A stretch of DNA of 64,000 nt from Octopus sinensis (taxonomy: Eukaryota), in assembly GCF_006345805.1 (NCBI RefSeq), contig NC_043003.1, positions 93,992,001 through 94,056,000 on the forward strand. The letters run 5' to 3'. The notes below the pieces were generated by a model, which was given only the letters and a program-made list of their open reading frames with translations, made no database searches and had not been told where the DNA came from. Made by a program: the position numbers and the translations under genes. Below are positions 50,901 through 64,000 of the stretch, in pieces. How positions within the stretch are numbered: position 1 is the first letter of the stretch; each line of letters begins with the position of its first letter.

Positions 50901-51954
50901 GATAGCGGCAAAACACGAGCAAAACAAAAAACTGTTCTCAGTATTTAAGGAAGCTGACAAATACAAACAAGAAATCATACCACCTAATAAACATGAAGAA
51001 GAAGAAGAAGAAGAAGAAGATGAAGAAACAACAAAAGCTATAAAAGAAATGAAATCCAAACTAAAAATAGAACAGCAACGAACCATGATAAAACGATGGC
51101 AAGAAAAGCCCCGTCATGGTAAATACTGGACTAAACTAAACGCAAAAGAAATAGACAAAGAAAAATCCCAGCAATGGTTGAGAAGCTCAGGACTCAAAGC
51201 AGAGACAGAGGGATTTTTAATTGCAGCACAAGACCAAAGCCTCCCCACCAGAAATTACCAAAAGCATGTAAGGAAAAGAAATATAACAAGTAGCTGCAGA
51301 ATATGTGGAGATGGACAAGAAACAATAAATCATATTATCTCTGGCTGCCCAGTCCTGGCTAAGAAGGAATATATTCACAGACACGACAGAGTTGGAACCT
51401 ACATACACTGGAAGCTATGCCAACATTTTGGAATAACAACAGAAAAAAGATGGTATAGACACATACCAGAAAAGGTCACAGAAAACGAGAAAGCAACCAT
51501 ACTCTGGGATATGCCGATACACACAGATAGAGAAATTAAGGCCAACAGACCAGATATAGTAGTCAGAGATCATGAAGAAAAAAGCTTTCTAATTGATGTA
51601 TCAATACCAGCAGATGACAACGTGTCTAAAAGAAATGGAGAAACTTTCAAAATACAAAGGCCTGGAAATAGAGGTAACTAGAATGTGGAATCTAATAACA
51701 GAAACAATTCCTATCATAGTAGGTGTATTAGGCATGATAAAAAAATATTCAGACAAATACATAACAAAAACACCAGGACTTACAAACACATATAACATAC
51801 AGAAAATTGCACTACTAGGCACTGCACACATCCTACGCAGAACACTTTCCATACAATAACCATCAGAGCATCACAACAAATCACAGCACACACCCAAGGC
51901 ACACAGAGCTGCGCTCGGTAGTGAAGTGAAAGCACGCTATAAAAATAAAATACT
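47972..51954 (+). mobile_element. R4/Dong-clade RLE non-LTR retrotransposon, near full-length (about 4 kb), ORF broken by frameshifts and stops
   Basis: ORF pieces 48216-48734 (KRRKWTREEY..Myb-like), 48748-49212, 49266-50045 (WKAPGHDKIPNFWLK, NYRPITCL, WIDYKKAFDS), 50093-50587 (QGDTPSPLLF, YMDDLKL), 50740-51681 (CRICG..H..C, NRPD..LIDVSIP), 51593-51859; flanked by (AAT)n. Confidence 0.97.
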
Positions 51955-51970
51955 AATAATAATAATAATA

Positions 51971-52032
<62 letters not shown>

Positions 52033-52048
52033 TAATGATGATGACAAA

Positions 52049-52106
<58 letters not shown>

Positions 52107-52124
52107 TAATAATAATAATAACAA

Positions 52125-52335
52125 TCCTTTCTACTATAAGCACAAGGCCTGAAATTTGCAGGGAGGGGGTGAGTCGATTACATCGACCCTAGTACTTGAC
52201 TTGTGCTTAATTTATCGATTTCGAAAGGATGAAAGGCAATGTCGACCTTGGCTGAATTTGAACTCAGAGCGTAGTGATGGGCGAAATACCGCTAAACATT
52301 TCGTGAAGCGGACTAACGAGTTTGCTTGCTCGCCG
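52125..52335 (-). mobile_element. SINE family E
   Basis: Same body as 7690-7935. Confidence 0.75.
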
Positions 52336-52359
52336 TCTCAACAACAACAACGGCAGTGA

Positions 52360-52855
52360 TTTATTTACTGGCTACAAGGGAAGAACACAAACCAAACAGG
52401 GACAATACGATACAAAGAACAAGTGAGGTGTTGAACAATGACAAGTATACAACGAATAATCTAGTATACAGTTATACAAGAAAAAATCTAACAAAAATAT
52501 CCCAAATAGGCAGTGAGTTCCACCCAGGGTTAACCAAAGGTCACCCCGACCGCCAAGAGCACCTCAGGCAGGGACCCTTTCTCCCTTTCAACGTTCCGAC
52601 CTACAAGCGAACGTTTATACGGGCCATCCTCGCCACATTCACCCACCTTTCAATAAAAATACTGGGGTGCAGAACTACCTTCTCTACCCTCACGTTTTTT
52701 TTTAAGTGGAACTTGAAAAAGTCGATGAGGGCTTGGCCGAAGCGGAAAGTGTCTGTCTTCGTCCTTTCAATCTGGTCTTTCACATTACCTCATTCGCCAG
52801 ACTGAGGAAAACTGCCTTTCTTTCCCGGCCAAAGGAAGGCAGTGCGGTGATCATG
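52360..52855 (-). mobile_element. Possible L1/Tx1-like LINE 3' fragment
   Basis: Minus ORF ..FRFGQALIDFFKFHLKKNVRVEKVVLHPSIFIERWVNVA resembles Tx1/L1-type C-termini; assignment tentative. Confidence 0.4.
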
Positions 52856-53363
52856 TCCTGATGCAACACCATGCTTCTCATCATAACTGATTTGAAGTGT
52901 GAAAATGTACATGGTTTGTCTTGGTGTAAAATATGGGCTCAATACCACAGATTTGCTTGTCAGTTGCTTGACCTTAACCAGTTGAGCATGTCCCTTAGTG
53001 ATTAACGATATGTGCATATCTGATTACGAGCAGGGTAGTGGAGGAGCTTCATGCCCACATGGTGAGAGAAATTCCTTGGTGTTTGAATAATTCATCTATG
53101 GAAACATGAGTGTTTCATTCATCACTTCTAAACAAACATTATTCAGGGACCTTTTAACCAGAATGGGCTGCTCAGTCTGAAGGAAATAATAATAGTGCCC
53201 CATCTGCAATGTCATGCACTATTTATCTTGATATCTCGTCACTTATGGTTGTGGGGTGTGTGCTTGGTGTTCACTTATCAGACGGGTAGTCATGATGGGA
53301 TATAATGTACTTCGTATATCTGTACCCCAGCGACACTTCGATGACATGCACTGTACTTTACTC
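52856..53363 (+). mobile_element. About 500-bp AAT-tailed repeat, copy 2 (diverged)
   Basis: Same body as 44924-45411. Confidence 0.75.
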
Positions 53364-53409
53364 AATAATGGTAATAATAATAATAATGATAATTTTGACA
53401 ACATTCATT

Positions 53410-53820
53410 TAGAAATAGGATTTGAAAGGTTGTGCAATCACCAGTATTTTTATCATGACACCATCACTATTTGACTCTGGGGTCGTAAAGAAAGAGGAAG
53501 AAACAAGCACAAAAATATATATGCAATCAGTTAAAATTTGAAATAGTAAGAAGTTGGAGCATGCGAACAGTAATGGACGTGCCTATAATAATTGGTGTGT
53601 TGGAAGCAGTAAGCCAAGATATAGACAAATGGCTGGAGGAGATTGAAATAGAATGCCCAGTAGAGCTCCTACAGAAAGTTTGTCTCGTAGGGACAAGAAA
53701 AATTATCAGGAGGGTACTAAGCATTTGAAAGACTGCTGAAAACGTGTGGATACTTAAGGTTACAGGTAGTAACCCACTACTCACATAAATCCTACCAGGA
53801 ATAAGACCGAACCTGAGCCA
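53410..53820 (+). mobile_element. R4/Dong-like 3' fragment, second subfamily
   Basis: LKFEIVRSWSMRTVMDVPIIIGVLEAV..LLQKVCLVGTRKIIRRVLSI* then UTR and (AAT)n. Confidence 0.8.
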
Positions 53821-53868
53821 ATAATAATAATAATAATGATATTAATAATAATAATAATTATAATAATG

Positions 53869-53916
<48 letters not shown>

Positions 53917-53918
53917 TA

Positions 53919-54033
<115 letters not shown>

Positions 54034-54172
54034 GACACTCTAGAACAATACTCTGTGCAAAACCAAAAATATGATATCCTAGTTATAATAGCGACTTGAA
54101 CTTCTTGTTGTCTTTTAAGGTCTCTGAGTGAAACTTGGAGTCAACTTGTACAAATGATAAGCAAAAGCCAAA
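54034..54172 (+). mobile_element. Short probable R4/Dong-like 3' UTR fragment
   Basis: Non-repetitive 140 bp between two (AAT)n tracts; contains taaggtctctg, similar to the taaggtta motif of neighbouring 3' UTRs. Confidence 0.4.
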
Positions 54173-54173
54173 C

Positions 54174-54247
<74 letters not shown>

Positions 54248-54257
54248 TAATAATAAA

Positions 54258-54481
54258 TGATAAAAAAATATTCAGACAAATACATAACAAAAACACCAGG
54301 ACTTACAAACACATATAACATACAGAAAATTGCACTACTAGGCACTGCACACATCCTACGCAAAACACTTTCCATACAATAACCATCAAAGCATCATAAC
54401 AAATCACAGCACACACCTAAGGCACACAGAGCTGCGCTCGGTAGTGAAGTGAAAGCACGCTATAAAAATAAAACTACTGAA
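54258..54481 (+). mobile_element. R4/Dong 3' terminal fragment (same subfamily as 47972-51954)
   Basis: Near-identical to 51735-51954; (AAT)n both sides. Confidence 0.92.
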
Positions 54482-55227
54482 TAATAATAATAATAAAAAG
54501 TAAAGATGATACATATTTAACTGTCCTTTAATGCGATAGTGTATTGTGTGAACTTTCAATTCAAGCAACAGATTTGCTCACTGTAGAGAATTGGATCGAC
54601 AGAAGATGGGGCCTCTATACATTTCTCCGTAAGATTAAAAAAATAAATGAATTCACAACGACTGAGTCACATCTTGATTGTAATGCATAATATTCTGTCA
54701 CCATCGTCTCGAGCACTTTATGAGAAACGGGTACTTCACTTCATTGTTGTTACTGTGACTGATAAAAATAACAGCTGAGTCTCCTGTATATCATATCCTA
54801 CTGTTTAAGAAAGCCAAGCCTGCATTGGATATTGTAGTCTTGAGTGCACAATGTCTGAGAAAAAAAAAAAGAATGGTTTCAACTTGAATGTCTTGTTATC
54901 ATTATCAATACCATCATCAACTCGACTATCAAGTATCCTCCTCCTCGTCATCATCATCATCATCATCATCAACCAAAACAACAGCAAGAATAACAAGAAT
55001 GTTGTTTATCACACATAAACTGTTTATTGTATATATTTGGTTTATTTTCCTTAATTCTCACATTTGATCATTCTTTTCAATTGATTTCTTTGCAAACTCA
55101 TTTATTGTATGCAATGTATCCAGGGTAAATTTTTTTATAAACTCAGCCTAAAGATTCATTATTTAATTAAATCCCCATGGAATAATGTACAATAATAATA
55201 ATAATAATGATAATAATAATAATAATA

Positions 55228-55290
<63 letters not shown>

Positions 55291-55991
55291 TAATAAAGTA
55301 TCTAACAATGTCAATAGTATATATAACCAAAAGAAAAATGCTTTCTTTATCATTTAATTTATTTGCTCATGTTTGATCATTTTTTCATTTACGAACTTCT
55401 AAAGATTGCTTTATTGTCGTTGGAAAACGTTATAAAAGCGACATATCTTTTAATTTCTTTTTAAATAAAATTCTAGACAGCAACGATTTCTTTGTATAAT
55501 TTATTTTCATACATAATAAAGTTATTAATTTTCTGTGATAGAAAAAAGAAAAGAATATGGTATTTCATAGCCAAAGCTTTGTAGGAAATAAATATTACAT
55601 TTTAGTTTCAATCGTTTAATCCTTTGCATGTTTTACATAATAAAGAAAACCAAAATTCATGCTATTAGGGAAAGTGATTTAACAAATACGAAGAGAATAA
55701 TAAACATTTATTTTTTTACCATGTCTAACTACATTATGGTTGTGTTTTTAATTGAAGATATATATATATATATACACCAACCCTATACATACACACGTCC
55801 AGACCTCTCCTACGCACTAATAGCTGGTCATTCAACCCTATTATCAACCCTATTATCTCCCCTTATTTCGCTCTCGCGTCTCATGTTTGATCTTTGACCT
55901 CTGGCCGAAATCAGATCGCCATGTTGATTCGTTAGTTACTGCACGCATTTTTTTTCTCTCCTTCTTTCTGTGTTTTTTTTCTCTCTGTGTA

Positions 55992-56029
55992 TCTTTCTGT
56001 TGAAGAGTGTAGGCTCGAAACGTTAAAGA
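55992..56029 (+). ncRNA. Minimal HHR with variant core CUGUUGA, in TA-flanked PLE-like fragment (55776-56126)
   Basis: tcttt-CTGTTGA-A-GAGT-gtag-GCTC-GAAA-CG-TT-aaaga: all stems pair. Confidence 0.7.
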
Positions 56030-56125
56030 CTTGTTTTATTTATATTTCCCGAGCGCCATACTAATACAATTGTTGTTTGTTTTCCACCTGCCTTCGTCTT
56101 TTGTCTATTTTCATAAAGCTTCCCG

Positions 56126-56194
<69 letters not shown>

Positions 56195-56209
56195 AAGTAT
56201 GTAACACAG

Positions 56210-57715
56210 CACAATCATATAAATGGATAGGGATTTCTAAGGATGTGGGCAGTACTTGTCAGCACAATCTTTTGGATTTCTCTGAGACATGGTCCTCCTG
56301 AGATCTTATCTAGATGTTTTTCACGTCCTTTTTTTTATCATACATAAGGAACCTACAATAACAGGAACAGTTCTCGTTTTAAGAGCCCACGTCTTTTGTG
56401 CTTCAATTTCCAGATCCTTTACTATATTTTTATCAGTAGGAACACTTACATCTATTAGTGTAGAAATATTTTCTTTGTCATCTTTAATAATCATGTCTGG
56501 TCGATTAGCCTGGATCGTTCTGTCAGTGTTGAGTGGAAAATCTCTGAGGATAGTGACATTTTTACCTTCAACGACTTGCTCAGGATGATGTTCGTACCAT
56601 TAAGTAGGAGTGGTGATTTTGTAGTGTTTACATATTTTCCAATGTAAATACTGTCCTACCCTATCGTGGCCATTTTTATATTCGTTTGGACATCCCAAAA
56701 CGAGATGGTCTATTGTTTCGTTAGCCTGGTAGATTTTTGTGAGCAAGATTTGGTCTTGTGCCGCCAGTATGAAACCTTCAGTCTCTGCTTTCAGTCCTAA
56801 ACTTCCCAGCTACTGATAGGTTATTGCTTGATCTACATCAGCATTTCGACTTCGAAGTATAGACTGTCCATGCAGCGGCTTCTGGCTCCATTGCTCCTCA
56901 GTTTGTTTCTGCCCATTCTCTTTTGCAGTCTACTTGATCAATTTTGCTTGTTTTGGGGAAATGGTTTCAGGTTCTTCAACTATTTTAGGGTTAATCCCAA
57001 GTTCTTTTGCGAATTACGAACTTGTAAGCTACCTTGAGAGTCAAATGTGACTTTTTACTTCTTTCGTGTTTGCACACAAGTCGCAGCGTCCATTCCTTTG
57101 TATTAGATAAGTATCTGTTCATTGCTATTGTGGAGGTCTTATAGCACAGTTCTACCTGCATCATTCCTCTTTCCCTATTACGTCTAGGAAGCTATAGACG
57201 ATCAACATCTGCCTTGGGTAGTGCATGTTCTTAGAAGTTAGTATATTTTGTTTTCCTGTCCAGGCGTTGGAGTTATTTAAGATTCCATTTAGTGATGTTA
57301 AAACTATATTGGATTACTGGACGTGCCAGGGTGTTAATGGCTTCGGTGCGATATTTAGAGTTGAGTTCAGTTTTTAGTTTGAGTCTTATTCTCCTGTAAT
57401 ATACTTTTCTTATTTTTTCTTCCATAGTAGCATGCTGTATATCATCTCCTTCATTTATCCCCAGGTATTTGAAATTTTCCTGTGGGTCAAGCTCCTTGAC
57501 GGTAGTGTCGGTATCTACTTCAATGGAAGCCGTTTGCCTGAGCTTGCCTCTTACAAAAGTTGCTTCAACGACTCTTTATTCCGCGTGCCTTCTGTTCTGT
57601 TTGATCCATGCTATCTTTCTGTGGTATGTAGAAGAGGAGACACGTGGGATAAAGAGTTTTTGAAGAGCTAACAGTATGTGTGACGAAATAGCTTTGACAA
57701 AAGGTAAAATGATGA
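56210..57715 (-). mobile_element. Decayed R4/Dong-like element, further subfamily, minus strand
   Basis: Minus strand ETEGFILAAQDQ, HILGCP, RHDRVGQYLHWKI, IQANRPDMIIKDD..LIDVSVP, VPVIVGSL, STAHILR. Confidence 0.85.
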
Positions 57716-57719
57716 TGAT

Positions 57720-57766
<47 letters not shown>

Positions 57767-57830
57767 TAATAATAATGATAATAGTAGTAGTAGTATTAGT
57801 ATTAGTAGTAGTAGTAGTGTAGTAGTAGTA

Positions 57831-57878
<48 letters not shown>

Positions 57879-57895
57879 GTGATGTTAATAATATT

Positions 57896-58449
57896 TCCCT
57901 GATGCAGTACTAGGCAGTGGCTCTCATGGCTTCTGATCTTAACTGATTGGAAGTGTCATCATGTACATTGTTCTGTCTTGGTATAAAAGATGGGCTACAG
58001 CAAATATTATACTCAATACCCCAGATTTGCTTGTCAGTTGCTTGACCTTAACTAGTTGAGCATGTCCTTTGGTGGCTGATGATATGTGCATCTCTGATCA
58101 CGAGCAGAAGTAGTGGGGGAGCATCATAGCCATGTGTTGAGAGGAATTCTTTGGGGTTTGGATGATTCACCCTTGAAAGCATGGGTGTTTCGTTCATCAT
58201 CCTTAAACAACCCTTATTCAGGGACTTTTTAAGCGGGATGGGTTACTTTACTAGAAGAAAATTTTGACTGAGCCTCACCTGCAAGGTCATGCGCTGTTTA
58301 TCTTGATATGAGATCACCATGTCGCGCACATATGGTTGTGATGCATGTGCCTGGTGTACACTTATCAGACAGGTAGTCATGATGGGTATACTGCGCTTCG
58401 TATATTTTACCTCAGTGTCACTTTGATGGCATACACTACTCTCTCCGTC
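57896..58449 (+). mobile_element. About 550-bp AAT-flanked repeat, copy 3 (longest)
   Basis: (AAT)n on both sides; same body as copies 1 and 2. Confidence 0.8.
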
Positions 58450-58502
<53 letters not shown>

Positions 58503-58511
58503 TAATAATAA

Positions 58512-58840
58512 ATGACTAATTGCATAAAAGCCAAGATAGACAAAAACCAAGTAGATTCCCAATGTAGGTTATGCAAATCAAAAGAGGAAAGCGTTATTCA
58601 TATAGTCAGTGAATGTATCATGCTGGCACAGAAAGAATACAAGAAAAGACATGGCAATCTAGGGAGAGTAATCCACTGGGAGCTATGTAGAAAGCTAGGA
58701 TTTGAATAAATTAATAAATGGTATGAACATGAACCTAGTAAAGTACTAGAAAGTAAGAAATGCAAGGTGTTGCAGGACTTTAACACCCAGACTGACCGAG
58801 TAATAGAAGCTAGAAGGCTTGATTTGGTAGTAGTAGTAGT

Positions 58841-58884
<44 letters not shown>

Positions 58885-59302
58885 TGTAGTTGTAGTAGTA
58901 GATAAAGAGAATAGAAAGTGCCGGATAAGCTTCTTTACAATCCCAAATGATGAAAATATCAATATGAGAGATGTAGAAAAATAGCAAAGTACCAGGACCT
59001 ATCTATTGAATTACAGAAACTATAGAAAGTGCGGGTAAAATGTATCCCAGTAGTTATAGGTGCATTGGGAACTACCCTGAACAGATGGACAAAGGAAATA
59101 GATGTAAAACCCAATTTTGTACAGTTCCAGAAAACTGTTATTAAGGACAGCTTAGGACACTTGGGAGGGTTCTTGGCATGTAAGGTTAGTTGTTGTAGAC
59201 CGTTAGGAGGGTTCTTGGAATCTAAGGTTACTTGTTATAGCCCGATGTTAAGATTTTTTTATTTTCCAACAGTCTAAACTATTGGGTGAAAATGAAAATA
59301 GC
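58512..59302 (+). mobile_element. R4/Dong-like 3' fragment, further subfamily, with internal (GTA)n expansion
   Basis: CRLCKSKEESVIHIVSEC..EYKKRH..IHWELC..IEARRLDLVVV..KYQDL..IPVVIGALG; (AAT)n both sides. Confidence 0.88.
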
Positions 59303-59343
<41 letters not shown>

Positions 59344-59359
59344 CAATAATAATCATTTT

Positions 59360-59525
59360 CACGATATGCTCAATGCTTGAAATTTGCGGGCAGTAGGTAA
59401 GTCAATCACATTGAACCCAGTACTTGACTGGTACTTAATTTATCGATAACGAAAGCGTGAAAGGCAAAGACGACCTCGGCGGATTGGAACTCAGAACGTG
59501 GAGACGGATGAAATGCCGCTAAGCA
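59360..59525 (-). mobile_element. SINE family E
   Basis: gaaaggcaaagacgacctcggcggattggaactcagaacg. Confidence 0.7.
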
Positions 59526-60004
59526 TTTCCCCCCCAGCAAACTGAAGTGAAGAGTATAGTGCGGTTATTTAATTGGTAAAAATACGACAATCCTCAAATA
59601 TAAGAATATTTGCTCCAAAACACGACTTCAAAACAGGAATCTTGCAAAACAAATGTATAAACGTAATATATATATACATATATGTGTGTGTGTGTATGAC
59701 TGTGTGTATGACTGTGTATATGTGTTTGTATGTATATATATATATATATATGTGTCACACATATATAATGAATAATTAATAGCAACATAAGCAGAATAAA
59801 TACCATAAGGTAATGGTTATCTCCCACTTCAAGTGGATGTGTTAAAACGACATAAAACACTCGTGTTTATGTCGCTGAAAGGCGATAACCGTTCGCTATA
59901 CGCCAGAACTGCCAAATCACGTGATTTCATCTTCTCTTGGTCTTCTCAAAGACAGACATCCAGTAACGGATTTTCTTGTCGGCGATAAATATATATGCAA
60001 CGGA

Positions 60005-60150
60005 ATCCCTTCAGTATCCGCCTATCAAATCCATTCAAATCCAGTCATCCTGATGCTATAGTAGAAACGAAGGTGCCGCGTTCTGGGATTTCACCTGAAG
60101 CTATATGGTTGGAAAGCTAACTTCTTACTTCGCAGCGATGCTGCACACAA
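60005..60150 (-). mobile_element. SINE family A, diverged 5' half
   Basis: ttcagtatccgcctatcaaatcca..ctatagtagaa..cttcttac. Confidence 0.55.
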
Positions 60151-60226
60151 GCGACTCCAGACACACACACATACTGACAGACAGACAGCAGACAGATAGT
60201 CACACGCACACACGTTTATTATTATA

Positions 60227-60640
60227 CAGGGTGCTGTGATTAAACTGTCGTCTGAAATACACAAAAATGAAAATAACACCGACGTCTTATTTTAAAAGAT
60301 ATATTTAGCAAAATTACATAAAAATCTTTTGAAATACTAAAGAGTAAATTTATTCAATAAAATCACCATTGGCTTCACCAATAACCTCCAGATGACTTCG
60401 GAATCTCCTGCAACTCTTTTGGACGGTCTCTTTGCTTAAGTTGGTGAATGTTGCCATAATCTTCCGTGTGGGAAGATTAATGGAGGCATAACATCGCCAT
60501 CACTAGTGATCATTCCAAATATAATGATGCTGACTGGATGTTTTATTTTTATCTCTCTCGGTACAGAGTGCATTGACCTCAGATTGACACCCAAACACTC
60601 TGAAAAACAAACAATGCGCACGCATTAACTACTTTTGTCT
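60227..60640 (-). mobile_element. Tc1/mariner superfamily relic (possibly DD37D type), internally deleted 3' part
   Basis: KHPVSIIIFGMITSDGDVMPPLIFPHG and C-terminal ..SCRRFRSHLEVIGEANGDFIE*; TA-CAGGGTG terminus. Confidence 0.7.
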
Positions 60641-61016
60641 ATATAAAATAAGTTCTTGTTGAATTATTTCTTAGTAATTTAACCAGAAACTTTCGCCTAC
60701 ATATCATGTATTGCTTGTATATTTTTCTTAACACTCAACCAGTAATAATTCCACTATTTATCGATTTTCACCTATCTATGTTTGACTTCTCCACTAACTT
60801 ATGGTAGACATTGATTTTCACCCACATTTGAAATAAATAACCGCCAGCATGTAACACATTCAAAAAGTTACTTCTGTCGACTTGTGCTTTCATTTTTTTT
60901 GTTTACGAATAACTTTTTTTTATCTTTACTAAACCTCTAAAAGATCATTGACTTCAATGGAGCAAGTTTCCAGTTTCAGCAAAGCTAGATTAGATTGGTA
61001 TGAAACTTGAAACGCC

Positions 61017-61179
<163 letters not shown>

Positions 61180-61585
61180 ATGTATATATATATGTGTGTG
61201 TATATATTTGTGTGTGTATATGTATATGTATACATATATATGTATGTAAACATATATACATATATATGTATGTAAATATATATATATATATATGTATGTA
61301 TATATATATGTATGTTTGCATGCATGTCTGTATATATATGTGTATGTGTGTTTATATATGTATATATAAGTATACACATATGTATAATATATGTATATAG
61401 ATATGTGTATATGTGTATATGTGTATATATATATATATACATTTGCATGTATGTATGTATACATGTATATGTGTGTCTCTGTTTCTCTTCCTTAATTTTT
61501 TTCTTACATCGCTAGTAGAGAGTAATGCAATTAATAATTTGTTCGTTATATTACTACCGACTTCCTCTTGATTAAAGCGCACTGA

Positions 61586-61587
61586 AG

Positions 61588-61625
<38 letters not shown>

Positions 61626-61768
61626 GATGATGATGATAATGATGATGATGTTGATGATGATAGTCATTATGGTGCTGGTGGTGATAATGATGATGATTAA
61701 AGTAAGGGTGGTGATAATGTTGGTGATGGTATTGGTTATAATCATGATGATGTTTGTGGTGCTGGAGG

Positions 61769-61820
<52 letters not shown>

Positions 61821-61965
61821 GGTGGTGGTGGTGGTGATGATGATGATGATAGCGATGGCACTGGGGATGATGTTGTTGCTGATAATGATAATAACTATGA
61901 CGACGACGACGACGACGATGAGAATAATGAAGACGGTGATGTGATAGTGGTGGTGGTTGTGAGAC
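61586..61965. repeat. Mosaic trinucleotide array (GTT, GAT, GGT, GAC)
   Basis: Direct observation. Confidence 0.9.
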
Positions 61966-62982
61966 GTCGGAGTGGTTGGCGATGTTGATGGTCTTTAAGA
62001 GATTTGTATGGCTGTGACTATCCAAGCATAGATGAAGTAAAAGAAAAAAAATATCAGTTGTTGTCAGATGTAAGTTAATAGAGCTGCTGCCATTTATTTC
62101 AGATGCAGTAACTCAGACAGCACTAAACAATATCTCATTCCAGTTTTTAAAGATGTTTACGTGAAATTTCAATGAGCTAACACTACTGCTTATTATGGAT
62201 CATCCAACTTCTTGTTATTTGGCCTCTACATCTTCTTCCACATCATCATAATCATCATCATCACTTTCTTCTTCTTCTTTCTCACCCCTCGTTCTTCCTC
62301 TCCTTCTTCGTCTTCTCTACATCTAATCTCAACCTACCCCTGTTTGATCAAAATATATGAGGCGTAGATTCTACGAAGATTCCTGTCGATTAGAGTTTTA
62401 TCTCGCTAGTTTTAAGATACAGTCTGATATACACACCATAGATATACAGTTACAAATTTCATCAACGATAATTGGGAATGAATAGGAAATATGGAAATCC
62501 AAGGAGAATATGGAGGACAAGTCAGTTTAAAATGTCCAGTATACAATCTTATATGTATGTATATATATAATAAGGGAAATTATAGAAGGAGCACATCTAG
62601 GCAATCAATATAAACTCCAAAGCAGAATTTAAAACACACAACGAAATAAATATACATATAAATTTATAAATCAGTGTAAAGTCATATCTGAAAATCATGC
62701 ATCATGTACATTGGGTTCAGGTACCGAATGTACATGATGCGTAGTTTTCCCGTATGACTTACATGCAATTTACTTCACTGATATATATGTATATTTATTT
62801 CGTTGCGTGCTTTAAATTATGCTTTTGGAATTTGTATTGATTGCTTAGTTGTGCTCATTCTATAATTTCCCTTACCCTTCGAGTTAGCTCGCAATGAGTA
62901 CTTCTTAATACAGCTCATATATTGTGAATATACTTAAAGGCATACTTTATTAGAAAATTTAACTCGATATATATATTGTTGT

Positions 62983-63172
62983 GATCCCCGTCGGTCACGA
63001 ATGACCATGGGGTTGCAGCTAGAAAGTTACCCTCCGAGGCATAAGTCTGGGCAAGGTTGTCTATGGAAGACCAGCAATCGCCCACGCATACCAGCATCTC
63101 CATGCCACCGATATTATCCAAAGGAAAGAAAAGGCCGATACAGCTTGGCACCAGTGACGTTGCAGCTCATTT
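62983..63172 (-). mobile_element. SINE family C, 3' part
   Basis: Matches 34845-35035. Confidence 0.8.
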
Positions 63173-63189
63173 ATTAACGTGCTAGTGGC

Positions 63190-63453
63190 TGAGCACTCCA
63201 GAGACACGTGTACCCTTAACGTAGTTCTGGGGGAGATTCAGCGTGACACAGGTACAACAGAAACAGGCAGAAAGAGTGAGAGAAAGTTGTGGTGAAAGAG
63301 TACAGCAGGGTTTACCACAACCCCCTGCCGGAGCCTCGTGGAGCTTTAGGTGTTTTCACTCAATAAACACTCACAATGCCCGGTCTGGGAATTGTAACCG
63401 CGATCCTACGACCGCGAGTCCGCTGCCCTAACCACTGGGCCATTGCGCTTCCA
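63190..63453 (-). mobile_element. tRNA-derived SINE family D
   Basis: Minus strand gcgcaatggcccagtggttagggcagcggactcgcggtcgtaggatcgcggttacaattccc tRNA-like head. Confidence 0.85.
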
Positions 63454-63610
63454 TATATATATATATATATATAATTTATAAAAAGTATTAATTTATAAAA
63501 ATATGGTAAAGTAAAAGAATTCACTTTACCACACACCGAACTTTTCAGAAATAGCAGCCAAAAATTTGGCTATTTCTTCAACTGCAAATAAATATATATA
63601 TATTATATAT

Positions 63611-63665
<55 letters not shown>

Positions 63666-64000
63666 CATACGTACGTATGTATGTATGTATGTTGTATGTA
63701 TGTATGTATGTAGGTATGTATGTATGTATGTATGTATGTATGTATGCATGTATGTATGTATGTATGAATCTATGTATTTCTATTTGTGTGTGTATGCACG
63801 TATATCTATTTGCATTGGGATATGGTACCTGTATATCGTGTAATATGAACTGGATCAACTAGAGTTAGTTGCAATTGTGGTCATTGCACAATGTAAGCGA
63901 CAATAAACGAACCATCTATTGATACAGGCTTTCTTCTTTGTAAAACCTGTGCACATCTGATTATCCAATATTAGCTACTGCGGTAACCATGCGGATTGAG

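Noticed and set aside
57897-57953. HDV-like fold at the 5' end of the AAT-flanked element
   Set aside because: P1/P2/P3-like pairings can be drawn but need a bulge and mismatch, and P1.1 and P4 are missing.
61546-62025. Poly-His/Gln 159-aa ORF and antisense poly-Met/Val ORF
   Set aside because: Trinucleotide mosaic with no domain, splice or context support.
63395-63453. tRNA gene-like sequences here and at 3921, 12336 and 35100
   Set aside because: They are SINE heads continuing into repeat bodies, without complete acceptor stems.

Overview
AT-rich, microsatellite-saturated animal DNA. The SINE families, the R4/Dong and Penelope content and the long (TA)n/(AAT)n/(TAGA)n tracts suggest a cephalopod (octopus-type) genome; this is an inference and no search was run. 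I recognise no host protein-coding exon. Almost all short ORFs in the track are microsatellite translations or antisense of transposon ORFs. The window is a stack of mobile elements. (1) Penelope-like element (PLE) fragments sit mostly between (TA)n tracts, many carrying minimal hammerhead ribozyme (HHR) motifs. Five are fold-back palindromes of very different arm divergence (2.9-3.4, 14.6-14.9, 21.9-24.0, 24.7-25.9, 26.1-26.3 kb). (2) A nest of R4/Dong-clade RLE retrotransposons of several subfamilies lies in (AAT)n tracts at 44.4-59.3 kb, with one near-full-length copy and a 500-bp AAT-tailed non-coding element. (3) There are about five tRNA-derived SINE families, Tc1/mariner relics and a MITE, a piggyBac-type MITE, three Helitron derivatives and RTE/L1-like fragments. 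The most striking object is a 544-bp almost perfect palindrome with an intact HHR in each arm. Several HHR families share non-canonical core bases. Coordinates were counted by hand and are approximate at diverged ends.
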